A stretch of DNA of 60,658 nucleotides from Rickettsia typhi (GTDB lineage: Bacteria > Pseudomonadota > Alphaproteobacteria > Rickettsiales > UBA1997), in NCBI GenBank assembly GCA_945862455.1, contig CAMAXU010000005.1:1-60658 (forward strand), read 5' to 3'. The position numbers and the translations under genes are program-made. This document shows positions 40,807-52,496 of this stretch, in pieces; positions within the stretch are counted from its first letter, which is position 1; every line of letters starts with the position of its first letter. Below the pieces are notes generated by a model that saw only the letters and a program-made list of their open reading frames with translations, was not told the DNA's origin and ran no database searches.

Positions 40807-41706
40807 ATGAAAAATAATCGTGATTTACGCGCATTTTCTTTGATCGAAATCTCAATCGTAGTATTGATTATTGGTATCTTGGTTGCGGGCATTACTCAAA
40901 GCACCCGACTTCTTTCTCAAGCAAAGACCAGCACTTCTAAAACCCTAACTCAAAGCTCTCCTGCTGCTTCAGTAAAAAATCTGGTTCTTTGGGTTGAAAG
41001 TACATCAGAAGCAAGTTTCGACTCTACCGAAACAGATGATAACGTAGCCATTTCTAACTGGTATGACATCAATCCTCAAAGTTCACTTAAAAACTCTTTT
41101 ACTGCTACTACTAAACCAACTTACGCTCTTAATGCAATTAACGGTCTTCCAGCAATTAAGTTTAATGGCACTTCTACTATTATGACTTCTTCTAACTTTT
41201 CTAACATAATTACTGGATCAGTTACAGTGTTTGCAGTTGTAAAATTACCAGCAACAGTTGCTGCTCAACCAATTATCGGTAAACGCGTAGGCACTAGTGC
41301 AAACTTTCAGTTTGGTACTGGAACATCTGCTGCTGGCTGGCAATTCTGCGATAACACATGCCCTAACTACGCTGCAGGCAGTAACGCCGCAGTATCAGCC
41401 AACGGATCTTATGTAGCTTCAGTTGTTTATACTGGAACTTCTACAGCAGGAACTTCTACTTCAACCGGCATCAGCTTCTTCCAGAATGGCGCACTTGCGA
41501 ATGCCGTTCAAAACACCACAACTTCTCCAAGTACTTCAGTTGCTGGATCTTTAGCTCTCGGAGGAGATGGTGTTGGTGGATTCTTCGGTGGACATATCGG
41601 TGAAATCCTTGTATTTGACCGCGCTCTCAAAAAAGAAGAAAGACAATCTATCGAAGGATATCTTGGTAAAAAATGGGGTATAAATATGACTATTGCTAAT
41701 ATCTAA
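40807..41706 (+). CDS. Type IV pilin-like protein with LamG/ConA-like C-terminal domain
   Basis: AFSLIEISIVVLIIG class III signal; NGLPAIKFNG and GHIGEILVFDRAL motifs; start revised to 40807. Confidence 0.85.
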   Translation: MKNNRDLRAFSLIEISIVVLIIGILVAGITQSTRLLSQAKTSTSKTLTQSSPAASVKNLVLWVESTSEASFDSTETDDNVAISNWYDINPQSSLKNSFTATTKPTYALNAINGLPAIKFNGTSTIMTSSNFSNIITGSVTVFAVVKLPATVAAQPIIGKRVGTSANFQFGTGTSAAGWQFCDNTCPNYAAGSNAAVSANGSYVASVVYTGTSTAGTSTSTGISFFQNGALANAVQNTTTSPSTSVAGSLALGGDGVGGFFGGHIGEILVFDRALKKEERQSIEGYLGKKWGINMTIANI

Positions 41707-41732
41707 TAGCTATCCTTCATAATTTAATTATC

Positions 41733-41767
41733 AAAAACCCAGTGGAATTTTTTCCACTGGGTTTTTT
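41733..41767. terminator. Bidirectional intrinsic terminator
   Basis: AAAAACCCAGTGGAA...TTCCACTGGGTTTTTT. Confidence 0.85.
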
Positions 41768-41783
41768 GTTTTAACACGTCTCT

Positions 41784-42464
41784 TCAAAGCAGACTATTTT
41801 CCTTAAAACTGAAATGTCCTTTGGATGAAATAATAAGGTGATCTAAAATCTTAACTTCCAGACCTTTTAAAACTGCAGAAATTTTATTAGTGGTTTGAAT
41901 ATCAGAAGCAGATGCTCTTAACTCGCCACTTGGATGATTATGAATTAAAATCACAGAAGCCGCCCCCAGTAAAAGTGCTTTTTTAGCAATGGATTTTGAA
42001 CTTACAAAAACCTGATCATTTTCACCAATTCCCATTAATTCATCTTCGATTAGCTGATATTTTTTATCTAAAAACAAAACCCGAAAAACTTCATAATTTA
42101 AATTTTTTAAAGTCGCATAAGCGTAATCCAAAACCCCCTGCCAATTGTTTAAAACTGGCTTATCGAGTACGGAGTTTCTTAAAACCCGCATAATAATTTG
42201 AGAAATAATTTTTATTTGCACAATTCCCGCATCACCCATTCCATCAATTTCGCGAAGAAGTTCAAGGTTTGAATTTATTACGCCGGAAATATCACCAAAT
42301 TTGGCGATTAGTTTTTTAGCAATGATCTTGGTATCTTGGCGTGGATTAGCGGCGAAGAGTAGAATTTCTAGAAGTTCGTAATCATGAAGTTCGTCCCCAA
42401 GCGAAGTGAGAAATTTTTTACGAATGCGCGAGCGATGACCTTGGTGGCTTTGGTTTGTTTTCAT
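41784..42464 (-). CDS. radC: RadC/JAB-domain protein
   Basis: GHRSRIR, DYELLE, HNHPSG...S.SD and LDHLII motifs. Confidence 0.93.
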   Translation of the reverse strand: MKTNQSHQGHRSRIRKKFLTSLGDELHDYELLEILLFAANPRQDTKIIAKKLIAKFGDISGVINSNLELLREIDGMGDAGIVQIKIISQIIMRVLRNSVLDKPVLNNWQGVLDYAYATLKNLNYEVFRVLFLDKKYQLIEDELMGIGENDQVFVSSKSIAKKALLLGAASVILIHNHPSGELRASASDIQTTNKISAVLKGLEVKILDHLIISSKGHFSFKENSLL

Positions 42465-42529
42465 GTTTGGTGTTGTTTGTTATGACTTCGAGCCAGCATC
42501 TAAAGGATGCTTCGCCTTGCTTGGTATAG

Positions 42530-43177
42530 TTATTTTGGAACAATTGAATCAGTAGCAAAATTCTTTATTCCTAAATTTTCTAATTCTTTCACTCTTTTTA
42601 AATCATTCACTGTCCAGGCGAAAATTTCGATTTCAGGGAAAATTTTTACAAAAGTTCTATCAATCAATTCATGAAAAATTGAAAGAAACTTAATTTTATT
42701 TTTAGTTAAAAAATCACGCAGATTTTTAATATCTTGAGCAGTTTTTATTTGCTCACAAACCGCTACAATTTGTGATTTATTTCCAAAAATTTTACGAATT
42801 TTTTCGAAAACTTTTTTAGCAATTTTATAATCAGTAATAAATGGCGCGAAGTAGATTTTATCTAGTTTTATCCCTGATTTTGTAATTTCATCTTTTACCA
42901 TTTTTAAGGCTTGATCGGAATTTTTTTCATCAAGATTTTTAAAATCCATCCAATAAAAAAAATCATTTTTATAAGCAAAATAATCACTCAAAAAAGGCAA
43001 AGTTTTAAGCGCATTTTTTTTCGGTCGATCATGACTTAAAAATAACTTTTCTTCTAAAAACCAAATGTCGAATTCAATCGCCTTAAAACCGCTTTTATGA
43101 GCATGATTAAGGCTTGCAATTGAGTTCTGCAAAATGTTCTCTTTGGCAAAACCACGATGGGCAAATAATCGAATCAT
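42530..43177 (-). CDS. Glycerophosphodiester phosphodiesterase family protein
   Basis: AHRG, IEFDI and AWTVND motifs; start revised to 43177. Confidence 0.85.
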   Translation of the reverse strand: MIRLFAHRGFAKENILQNSIASLNHAHKSGFKAIEFDIWFLEEKLFLSHDRPKKNALKTLPFLSDYFAYKNDFFYWMDFKNLDEKNSDQALKMVKDEITKSGIKLDKIYFAPFITDYKIAKKVFEKIRKIFGNKSQIVAVCEQIKTAQDIKNLRDFLTKNKIKFLSIFHELIDRTFVKIFPEIEIFAWTVNDLKRVKELENLGIKNFATDSIVPK

Positions 43178-43181
43178 TTGT

Positions 43182-43508
43182 ATGAAAGAAAAATTTATAA
43201 TTATTGAAACAACATATCCAAATTTAGCTAAAGCCAAAAATCTAGCTAAAATCTTATTAACTCAAAAACTCGCGGCTTGTGTGCAATTTTCACCAATTAA
43301 AAGCATGTATTTTTGGGAAGAAAAAATTGCAACCAGTAGTGAAATTTTAGTGAGCATCAAAAGCAAAAATTCCTTTTACAAATTAATTGAAAAAACCATC
43401 AAAGAACATCACAATTATGAAATTCCGCAAATCTTGTGCATCGATGTAAATCAAGGATCCGCGCTCTATTTAAAATGGATTGCTTCAAAGCTGGATTCGC
43501 GGAAATAA
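43182..43508 (+). CDS. cutA: Divalent-cation tolerance protein CutA
   Basis: KLAACV, SMYFWE and HNYEIPQI motifs; start revised to 43182. Confidence 0.92.
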   Translation: MKEKFIIIETTYPNLAKAKNLAKILLTQKLAACVQFSPIKSMYFWEEKIATSSEILVSIKSKNSFYKLIEKTIKEHHNYEIPQILCIDVNQGSALYLKWIASKLDSRK

Positions 43509-43759
43509 AAACTGGCATAATAAGTTGGCGATTCATAAGATCATTTTTAGTTTTTTTAAACTTGATAACACCCAAAATAAAAAAATCCCTAGAGAAAGGC
43601 TCTACACCACAAACAAAAGAATCTTTTTTACAACTTCATACTGAAAAGCAGTTATTTTCTAAATTATAAAGTTACTTAAGTTTTATGAATCACTCATTCA
43701 ATAATATTTGGCTGCCCTAGAAAATAGCTGTTTCTCAAGAAAATAATTTCTTAGAAACA

Positions 43760-45709
43760 ATGACGAACAAATCAATTTTAATCGATGCTGCGCACCGCGA
43801 AGAAACGCGTGTTGCAGTGTTGGAAGACGGTATTTTGCAAGATTTCGACCGCGAAGCAGTCGCAATAAAACAAATCAAAGGCAATATTTATCTATCTCGC
43901 GTTACCCGTGTTGAACCATCTCTACAAGCTGCTTTCGTTGATTACGGTTCAGACCGCCATGGCTTTTTACCTTTCGCCGATATTCATCCGGATTACTACC
44001 AAATCTCTGAAGTTGAAAGACAAAAACTGCGTGACTTAAACAGCAATCAACCCTCTAGACAAGATGAAGAAGAAAATAATGCGCCTCAATCTTCAAACCG
44101 TCAAAATGGCAATTCTTTTGAAAGTGCTGCGCAAGATGATGATGCTGAATCAATCGTAACTGGCGCTTATTCTGTTGAAGATGAAACCGGCAATTATCGC
44201 GGCAATATTCACAGCATTTACAAACGCTATCAAATTCAAGATGTAATTAAACCCGGTCAATTAATTTTGGCGCAATGTTCTAAAGAAGAGCGCGGCAATA
44301 AAGGCGCGTCGATGACCACTTATATTTCGATTGCTGGAAAATATTGTGTATTGATGGCGAACACCCCAAATAAAGGCGGCGTTTCAAAAAAAGTAGATAA
44401 TTTTCGTGACCGCAAAATTTTAAAATCAATTTTAAATGAGCTTAACGTTCCTTCGGATCGCTCTGTAATTATCAGAACTGCTGGAGTTGGCAAAAAACCA
44501 GAAGAAATTAAACGCGATTGCGATTATCTGGCTCGCTTGTGGGACAGCATTAAAGAAGCTTCTACATCTTCAAAAGCTCCAGCTTTTATTCACGCTGAAG
44601 ATGATGTTATCAAAAGATGCATCCGCGATGTTTATAATGAACAGGTTGGCGAAGTTATAGTTGAAGGTCTTGAAGCTTTTGAAACCGTTATGAACTTCGT
44701 GAAATTAACCATGCCAAACAGCGCGCATAACGTTAAATTGCATGATGAACGCGTGCCGATTTTCAATAAATTTCGCGTTGAACAACAAATTTCCGCTCTT
44801 TACGAAAAACAAATTCATCTTCCTTCCGGCGGCTCAATCGTAATTGACCACACTGAAGCTTTAGTTGCAATTGATGTAAACTCTGGTCGCGCTACCAAAG
44901 AAAGCGGCGTCGAAGAAACTGCATTTAGCACTAATATCGAAGCAGTAAAAGAAATTGCTAAACAATTGCGTTTACGCGATTTGGCTGGTTTGGTTGTCAT
45001 CGATTTTATCGATATGTATGACCAAAAACACCGTCGCAATGTTGAAAGAGCTTTGCGTGATGAATTGCAAAATGATCGCGCCCGCATTCAACTTGGACGC
45101 ATCAGCGTGTTTGGTTTGCTTGAAATGTCGCGCCAAAGACTTGGTGCTAGTTTTTTTGAAACCATTACCGAACCTTGCAAACATTGCAGCGGAACTGGTT
45201 ATGTGCGTTCAGTTGAAATTCTTGCTGTAAGCATTTTACGCGCAATTAGACATTCTTGCGCTGATAAGCAAGCTGGCGTGATTTATATCTACACCAATTC
45301 TGAAACCATCGCTTACATGATGAATTTCAAGAAAGCAGAAATCGTTTCGACTGAAAAAAATTATGATGTTCATATTTTTATGCATCCAAGTGATGATGTT
45401 GGAAATCATGGCTTCACTATTAAAAAACGCAAAAGCCTTTCTGACGAAGAAAGGCGCGAAATTGAAATGCCCATAACAACTGGAAAAGTAAATCAGCTGG
45501 GTTTGGAGAAAAGTTATTTTGATAGTTATTCAAAAGATGATCATGCCGATGGAGATAATGATCGTGGCGGCCAAAGAAGACCAAGAAACAACAATAACAA
45601 CAAGTTTAAGAAGAATAATCGTTACGATAAAAAAAGACCAAATAATCGCAATAATAATGAGCCTAAAAAATCTTTTCTGGAATCAATTTTTTCAGCTTTT
45701 TCGAAATAA
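43760..45709 (+). CDS. rne: Ribonuclease E/G
   Basis: RVEPSLQAAFVDYG, AIDVNSG, VIDFIDM, CxxC; C-terminal amphipathic FLESIFSAF. Confidence 0.95.
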   Translation: MTNKSILIDAAHREETRVAVLEDGILQDFDREAVAIKQIKGNIYLSRVTRVEPSLQAAFVDYGSDRHGFLPFADIHPDYYQISEVERQKLRDLNSNQPSRQDEEENNAPQSSNRQNGNSFESAAQDDDAESIVTGAYSVEDETGNYRGNIHSIYKRYQIQDVIKPGQLILAQCSKEERGNKGASMTTYISIAGKYCVLMANTPNKGGVSKKVDNFRDRKILKSILNELNVPSDRSVIIRTAGVGKKPEEIKRDCDYLARLWDSIKEASTSSKAPAFIHAEDDVIKRCIRDVYNEQVGEVIVEGLEAFETVMNFVKLTMPNSAHNVKLHDERVPIFNKFRVEQQISALYEKQIHLPSGGSIVIDHTEALVAIDVNSGRATKESGVEETAFSTNIEAVKEIAKQLRLRDLAGLVVIDFIDMYDQKHRRNVERALRDELQNDRARIQLGRISVFGLLEMSRQRLGASFFETITEPCKHCSGTGYVRSVEILAVSILRAIRHSCADKQAGVIYIYTNSETIAYMMNFKKAEIVSTEKNYDVHIFMHPSDDVGNHGFTIKKRKSLSDEERREIEMPITTGKVNQLGLEKSYFDSYSKDDHADGDNDRGGQRRPRNNNNNKFKKNNRYDKKRPNNRNNNEPKKSFLESIFSAFSK

Positions 45710-45737
45710 GAATTAGATCAGAATTTTTAAGAAAATT

Positions 45738-45765
45738 AGCGGGCCCGAAATGGTCCGCTTTTTTT
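45738..45765 (+). terminator. Intrinsic terminator after rne
   Basis: AGCGGGCC-CGAAAT-GGTCCGCT followed by a T-run. Confidence 0.8.
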
Positions 45766-45792
45766 ATGCACTTTTTTCAACTTTTTTACAAA

Positions 45793-45864
45793 ATCATCCC
45801 GAGCCTTTGGAAGGATTATTCTTGAACTCGGACTTGAATCATTCTTCGAAAGGCTCAGGATCAC
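45793..45864. repeat. REP-like hairpin, degenerate copy
   Basis: TCATCCCGAGCC...CTTCGAAAGGCTCAGGATCAC. Confidence 0.75.
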
Positions 45865-45908
45865 TTTGGTAGCTGTATTAAAAAAACCTTAATTGTATTA
45901 AAAAAACC

Positions 45909-46193
45909 TTAAATCGCAAAAACATTGGTAATAAAAAATAAAATCGCCACCAAGTAAGAAATTGAAAGCAATAAAGCAAAGAAAGAGAAAAATTCAAAAT
46001 GCACTAAAGATGGCATTTTCATGTTTGAGAACTTCACTGAGAAAATCATGAAACCACTCACAAACAAAACTACAGAATAAATAAACGCAAAAAATCCGCT
46101 CTCAAAAAAATCGGCTAGGAAAAATAATCCGTAAAGAAAAATTATTGGCACTAGGAAATTGATTAAGGCAGATAAAATTGGGTCATTTTTCAT
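45909..46193 (-). CDS. Small membrane protein, degenerate MrpB/MnhB-like
   Basis: N-terminus MKNDPILSALINFLVPIIFLYGLF resembles MnhB; three TMs. Confidence 0.5.
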   Translation of the reverse strand: MKNDPILSALINFLVPIIFLYGLFFLADFFESGFFAFIYSVVLFVSGFMIFSVKFSNMKMPSLVHFEFFSFFALLLSISYLVAILFFITNVFAI

Positions 46194-46286
46194 TATTTGA
46201 AATTTATTAAATATCGACTTGAAATATCTGGTTAAGTATCTGATAGATCATAACAGTTTTTAAAAACTAATTAAAAATCACGCAAT

Positions 46287-46323
46287 AAAAAACCCCGCCA
46301 CTTTTGCAAATGACGGGGTTTTT
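46287..46323 (-). terminator. Intrinsic terminator after the pilin gene
   Basis: AAAAAACCCCG...CGGGGTTTTT. Confidence 0.8.
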
Positions 46324-46346
46324 AAATATTTGGGACTTAAATCAAA

Positions 46347-47138
46347 CTATGAGTTAACGTCAACTTGATAAGAAAGAGCACAAGTTTTTCCAGTGCCAGT
46401 AGTTAAGTAAGTAGAGTTAACGGTACCTGAGTAAGTGTAGCAAGTACCAGTTGCTGTGACACCAACACCTGGGTTGATACCTCTAACTTTACCAGCGTTT
46501 GCAATACCATCGTCAATTTTAGAATCGATTGATAAAGCATCAGATCCCGGTAGAGCAGCAGTTGAAATGTTGGTTCCAAGAATTGGGGTAGTAGTCGCTG
46601 CGGCTGGAGCTCCAGTAATAATAGAGGTTAAAATTACAACATTTTGGTTTGCAGGTACAGCTGCAGCACCCTCTGTATAAGTACGATAATCAAACACCCA
46701 ACCGGCAGATTGAATTTTTGATGCTGGAGCAGTTGAGGTTGCAGTAGCACCAAATACTGGAGCAGTAGTGGCAATTACTGGAGTTAAGCTGATTGAATCA
46801 ATTGCGCCGATTGTTCTTAGTGCAGCCCAAGCATTTGAACTTTCTGATCCCGCAAGAGTTGCAGCGCCGTAATATTCAATTGTATTATCATTATCACCGC
46901 CAACGCTACCTCCGATTGCAGTTGGAAAATCGCCCGGAATACCGTTAAATTGACTATTGAATGCATTTACTGCAACAGCATATCCTCTTGCCTCACCCAT
47001 CACTGAACGAAGTTGCGAGCTTTTGATCAAGCTTGCGCCACCAGTTACACCAGCAATCAACAAACCGATAATGATTAACACGATCGATAATTCAATCAGT
47101 GAGAATGCCGATTTTTTTGAGGAAAAAGTTTTTTTCAT
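46347..47138 (-). CDS. Type IV pilin-like protein
   Basis: AFSLIELSIVLIIIG signal; PGD and IDSKIDDG motifs; C-terminal Cys pair; start revised to 47138. Confidence 0.88.
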   Translation of the reverse strand: MKKTFSSKKSAFSLIELSIVLIIIGLLIAGVTGGASLIKSSQLRSVMGEARGYAVAVNAFNSQFNGIPGDFPTAIGGSVGGDNDNTIEYYGAATLAGSESSNAWAALRTIGAIDSISLTPVIATTAPVFGATATSTAPASKIQSAGWVFDYRTYTEGAAAVPANQNVVILTSIITGAPAAATTTPILGTNISTAALPGSDALSIDSKIDDGIANAGKVRGINPGVGVTATGTCYTYSGTVNSTYLTTGTGKTCALSYQVDVNS

Positions 47139-47303
47139 ATTTTGAGCGAAAATTTTATTAATATTAAAGGCGATATTTAAATCTAAGTGATTCGGTTTGA
47201 GGATAATTAGGTATCGCACTTTTTGATGTCAAACAGTTTTTCTAAAATTATTTTAGAAACAAAAATTTGTCTCATTTCACATCAAACTAAATCATGAATT
47301 ATG

Positions 47304-47777
47304 TTACACAAATTTTATTTCTAAAATTTCATAATTCATGATTCCACCCGGAGTTTTGATTTCAACTTCATCTCCAACTTCCTTGCCAACCAAAGCTCTG
47401 GCAACTGGCGAGGAATTTGAGATCAAGCCTTCATCAATGTTAGCTTCAAACTCGCTAACAATTTGATAGGCAACTTTTTTATCATTATTTAAATCTTCCA
47501 ATTTTACCGTTGCGCCGAAGCGAACTTTATCACCAGAAAGCTTTGAAATATCAATAACTTCAGCGCGCAAAAATTTATCTTCTAAATCACCAATTTGCGC
47601 CTCAATAAATCCCTGCTTATCTTTTGCAGAATGATATTCTGCATTTTCTTTTAAATCTCCAAGTTCGCGTGCAGCGGCGATTTGCTTGATTATATTTGGT
47701 CTTTCCACATTTTTTAAATTGTGAATTTCTGCTTTTAATTTTTGATAACCTTCAATTGTGATTTGAAATTTTTCCAT
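47304..47777 (-). CDS. greA: Transcription elongation factor GreA
   Basis: GDLKENAEYH and SPVARAL motifs. Confidence 0.97.
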   Translation of the reverse strand: MEKFQITIEGYQKLKAEIHNLKNVERPNIIKQIAAARELGDLKENAEYHSAKDKQGFIEAQIGDLEDKFLRAEVIDISKLSGDKVRFGATVKLEDLNNDKKVAYQIVSEFEANIDEGLISNSSPVARALVGKEVGDEVEIKTPGGIMNYEILEIKFV

Positions 47778-47788
47778 TTTACGCCCTA

Positions 47789-49096
<1,308 letters not shown>

Positions 49097-49855
49097 TTAG
49101 AAAAAATTGGGAGAATAAAGCATCAACCAGAAGAATGGAATAATGAGTGCGTAACCAAAATTACTGCGCTTCCTTTTATTTGGAATATCAAAAAAAATGA
49201 ACATGGTTAAAATCATCATCACCGCAAAAAAGTAAAATAAAAATAGGCTTTGATGCATACAAACTGAAGCGATGAGAATGAATTTAGTATAATCATAAGA
49301 TTGCACTTCATTAGCAAAAAGTCCGTTGGTTTTTTTGTAAAAAATCTGGTAAAAAATCACCGCAAAAACCACGCCAATTGCCGCTGAAAAAGTTACGTCA
49401 ATCACATTTTGATCTTGTAAAACGCGGTTAGCAATTCCGATCATCAAAATAAAATTTAGAATTTGTTGTGGAAAAATTTTGTGAGTAAAATCAGTTGCAA
49501 GCAATATTACCAAGCTTACAGACATCATGGAATAAATTATAAATTCTTCGCTGAAGGAAAATTTTAAAAAACATAAAATGAAGGAAATAGTTGTCGCAAG
49601 TTCAATAAAAAGATGGGTGCGCGGAATTTTGGTTTGGCAATTTTTGCATCTTCCCAAAGTGAAAAGCCAATTTACAAGAGGAATTAATTCGCGAGTTCTA
49701 ATGATTGTATTGCATTGTGGACATCTTGATTTTGGCCCAAAATAACGTCCAAAACATGATTCGTTCAAAGGCAGGCGATAGGCAAAAAGTGTGGCGTAAG
49801 AACCAAAAATCGCCCCAAAAACTGCCGAAATTATTATTCCAAAAAATTGTTCCAT
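49097..49855 (-). CDS. Prepilin peptidase (A24/PilD-like), divergent
   Basis: GAIFGSY...YRLP; CPQC and CKNC pairs; IPLVNW motif. Confidence 0.8.
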   Translation of the reverse strand: MEQFFGIIISAVFGAIFGSYATLFAYRLPLNESCFGRYFGPKSRCPQCNTIIRTRELIPLVNWLFTLGRCKNCQTKIPRTHLFIELATTISFILCFLKFSFSEEFIIYSMMSVSLVILLATDFTHKIFPQQILNFILMIGIANRVLQDQNVIDVTFSAAIGVVFAVIFYQIFYKKTNGLFANEVQSYDYTKFILIASVCMHQSLFLFYFFAVMMILTMFIFFDIPNKRKRSNFGYALIIPFFWLMLYSPNFF

Positions 49856-49927
49856 GGGAAATTATGTTTAATTTTGATAGTTTTATTTTTGGAATAAATG
49901 AATTCAGAGATAGGATTTGGAAGCTTG

Positions 49928-50443
49928 CTACCTCTGATTCTCCAAAAATAAAATCACATCCGCGCGATCTTGTGGTTTTTTTAAACCAGCAAAAGCCATT
50001 TTGGTTCCTGGTAAATATTCTTTTGGTTTTGTAATAAAAGAATTAATTGATTCAGAGTCCCAATTTCCGCCTTTTGCTTTCATCGCTTCTGAATAAGAAA
50101 ATCCTGCAAAAGAGCCTCTCTTTCTGCCTACAACGCCATATAAATTTGGACCAACTTTTGCTGCTTCGCCTTTGCCAATAGAATGACAAGTTGCGCATTT
50201 TTTGAAAGTTTTCATACCCCGATCAACATCAGCGGTTTTCATCATGGTTGCTAAATCAACTGGTTTTTCTTCTTTTTTTGCTACCGGTTTTCCATCTGCG
50301 GAAAGCACAATTTCAAAACCTCTTTTAGTAACTTCTTTTGGACGATAAAGAACGTCAGCCGCCAAAATAGCAACAACTGTTAAAACCAATGTCAGAGCAG
50401 TTGCAGCTGCTTGTCCTTTTAATAATGCGATAATTTTTTTCAT
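49928..50443 (-). CDS. Membrane-anchored cytochrome c (CycM/c2-like)
   Basis: CATCH heme motif; GPNLYGV and PGTKMAFAG; N-terminal TM. Confidence 0.92.
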   Translation of the reverse strand: MKKIIALLKGQAAATALTLVLTVVAILAADVLYRPKEVTKRGFEIVLSADGKPVAKKEEKPVDLATMMKTADVDRGMKTFKKCATCHSIGKGEAAKVGPNLYGVVGRKRGSFAGFSYSEAMKAKGGNWDSESINSFITKPKEYLPGTKMAFAGLKKPQDRADVILFLENQR

Positions 50444-50448
50444 TATTT

Positions 50449-51381
50449 CTAATCAAACAAAGTTGAAACAGATTTCTCGAGAGAAATGTTTCTAATCGCC
50501 TCTCCGATAAGATCGGCGATGTTAATAATTTTAATATTTTTAGTCGCTTTCGTGATTTCTGAAGGCTCAATTGAATTGGTAATAACCAAATTTTTTAATT
50601 TGGAATTGGCAATTCTCTCGCCAGCCTTTCCCGACAAAACTCCGTGAGTAATGTAAGCAGAAACTGAAATTGCTCCTTTTTTAATCAGAGCCTCAGCGGC
50701 GTTACACAAGGTTCCACCCGAATCAACCATATCATCAACAATGATGCAATTTTTTCCCTCAACTTCACCAATTATATTCATAACTTCGCTAACTCCCGCT
50801 TTCGGACGACGTTTATCAACGATTGCCAAATCTGATCCTATTTTGCTGGCAATTGCTCGGGCGCGAACAAGTCCGCCAACGTCGGGCGATACAACCACCA
50901 AATCTTTTAAATCAAAATTTTTCTTGATGTCACGCACAAAAACTGGTGCGGCGTAAAGATTGTCTAAGGGAATATCAAAAAATCCTTGAATTTGTCCGGC
51001 GTGTAAATCAACTGTCAAAACACGATCCGCGCCGGCGGAAGTAATTAAATTGGCGACAAGCTTTGCCGAAATTGGCGTGCGTGGTGCCGCTTTGCGATCT
51101 TGTCTGGCGTAACCAAAATAAGGAATTACTGCGGTGATTCTTTTTGCTGAAGCGCGACGCAGCGCATCAATTGCAATCAACAATTCCATGATGTTGTCGT
51201 TGGCGGGATAAGAAGTTGATTGCAGCACAAAAATATCTTCGCCGCGCACATTTTCTTTGATCTCAACAAAAACTTCCATATCGGCAAAATTTTTAACTTC
51301 AGCATCGATTAACTTCAAACCAAGATAATTCGCAATTTCTTGCGACAAAATTCGATTGCTGTTGCAGGCCAAAAGTTTCAT
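50449..51381 (-). CDS. prs: Ribose-phosphate pyrophosphokinase
   Basis: [21 protein letters not shown] and [10 protein letters not shown] motifs. Confidence 0.98.
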   Translation of the reverse strand: MKLLACNSNRILSQEIANYLGLKLIDAEVKNFADMEVFVEIKENVRGEDIFVLQSTSYPANDNIMELLIAIDALRRASAKRITAVIPYFGYARQDRKAAPRTPISAKLVANLITSAGADRVLTVDLHAGQIQGFFDIPLDNLYAAPVFVRDIKKNFDLKDLVVVSPDVGGLVRARAIASKIGSDLAIVDKRRPKAGVSEVMNIIGEVEGKNCIIVDDMVDSGGTLCNAAEALIKKGAISVSAYITHGVLSGKAGERIANSKLKNLVITNSIEPSEITKATKNIKIINIADLIGEAIRNISLEKSVSTLFD

Positions 51382-51475
51382 GATTTTTAATTGAAAGTTT
51401 TACTAAGATGCTGAAAAGTTCAGGCGCGACAATATTTTTTGAAGTCCAAATATCAACTTTTTTTTCTTACCCAAA

Positions 51476-51910
51476 ATGGAAAACATCGAATTTTATGACA
51501 TAGCTAAAATTCTGCACATTCTTGCAGTAATTTCATGGCTTGCCGGACTTTTATATTTGCCAAGAATCTTCGTTTATCACGCTCAATTAGCTGTCGGATC
51601 TGAAACTGATAAAATTTTCCAAACCATGGAAAAACGCCTTCTGCGCTACATAATGTTGCCTTCAATGCTGTTGGTTTTTATTTTTGGTTTTTATCTCGCT
51701 TTCCAAATTGGTTTTGAATTTATCTGGCTTCACATCAAGATAACATTGGTTTTAATTCTTGCTGGTTATCACGGATTTTTATCGCGCTGCCGTAAAAATT
51801 TTGAAAAAGGGGAAAATAAACATAGCCAAAAATTCTATCGCTTAATCAATGAAGTCCCAACTGTTTTGATGATTTTCATTGTAGCTCTCGTAATTTTAAA
51901 ACCTTTTTAA
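51476..51910 (+). CDS. hemJ: Protoporphyrinogen oxidase HemJ
   Basis: WLAGLLYLPRIFVYH and RLINEVPT...LKPF motifs. Confidence 0.95.
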   Translation: MENIEFYDIAKILHILAVISWLAGLLYLPRIFVYHAQLAVGSETDKIFQTMEKRLLRYIMLPSMLLVFIFGFYLAFQIGFEFIWLHIKITLVLILAGYHGFLSRCRKNFEKGENKHSQKFYRLINEVPTVLMIFIVALVILKPF

Positions 51911-51911
51911 A

Positions 51912-52478
51912 ATGCAAAATTTAATTGAAATTACTGAAAAAAAATTCGATGTAATTTTAGATTTACGCTACGCAACTTCCAACAATGTTTGCGGTTGCAA
52001 ACTTTACGCCTCACCTTTCTGTTACTTGCACGAAGCCGTAATTCCACATCTTGAACAGGCGATAAAATCAGCAAAAAATCTGGGCTTAAAATTAAAAATT
52101 TTTGACGGATTTCGACCCCTAGAAGTTCAGCAATATATGTTTAATAAATTTCCATCCGACGATCCAAAAGGCGGTTTTATTTCCAATCCAGCTGGCGGTG
52201 TAATTCCACATTGTCGTGGCGTTGCGATTGATTTAACGCTGGTTGATTTAGATGAAAATGAACTTGATATGGGAACTGATTTTGATGAATTTTCAGAATT
52301 GGCTTTTCATAATTGTGATAAAATTTCCACCGCAGCGCAGCGCAATCGCTTGATTTTACTGGGCTTAATGAGCGCAGCTGGTTTTGATTTTTATTCTAAA
52401 GAATGGTGGCATTATCAACTTTTCAAACCGCGCGAATATGAAGTTGTAAAAACTGCGCAAGGAATTGTGGCAGTTTAA
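51912..52478 (+). CDS. ddpX: D-Ala-D-Ala dipeptidase (M15D, VanX/DdpX)
   Basis: DLRYAT, DGFRP, HCRGVAIDLT and EWWHY motifs. Confidence 0.92.
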   Translation: MQNLIEITEKKFDVILDLRYATSNNVCGCKLYASPFCYLHEAVIPHLEQAIKSAKNLGLKLKIFDGFRPLEVQQYMFNKFPSDDPKGGFISNPAGGVIPHCRGVAIDLTLVDLDENELDMGTDFDEFSELAFHNCDKISTAAQRNRLILLGLMSAAGFDFYSKEWWHYQLFKPREYEVVKTAQGIVAV

Positions 52479-52496
52479 TTTTATACCAAAGTAAAA

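Noticed and set aside
41784-42464. radC as a marker of an integrated mobile element
   Set aside because: Full-length chromosomal-type RadC with no integrase or att sites nearby
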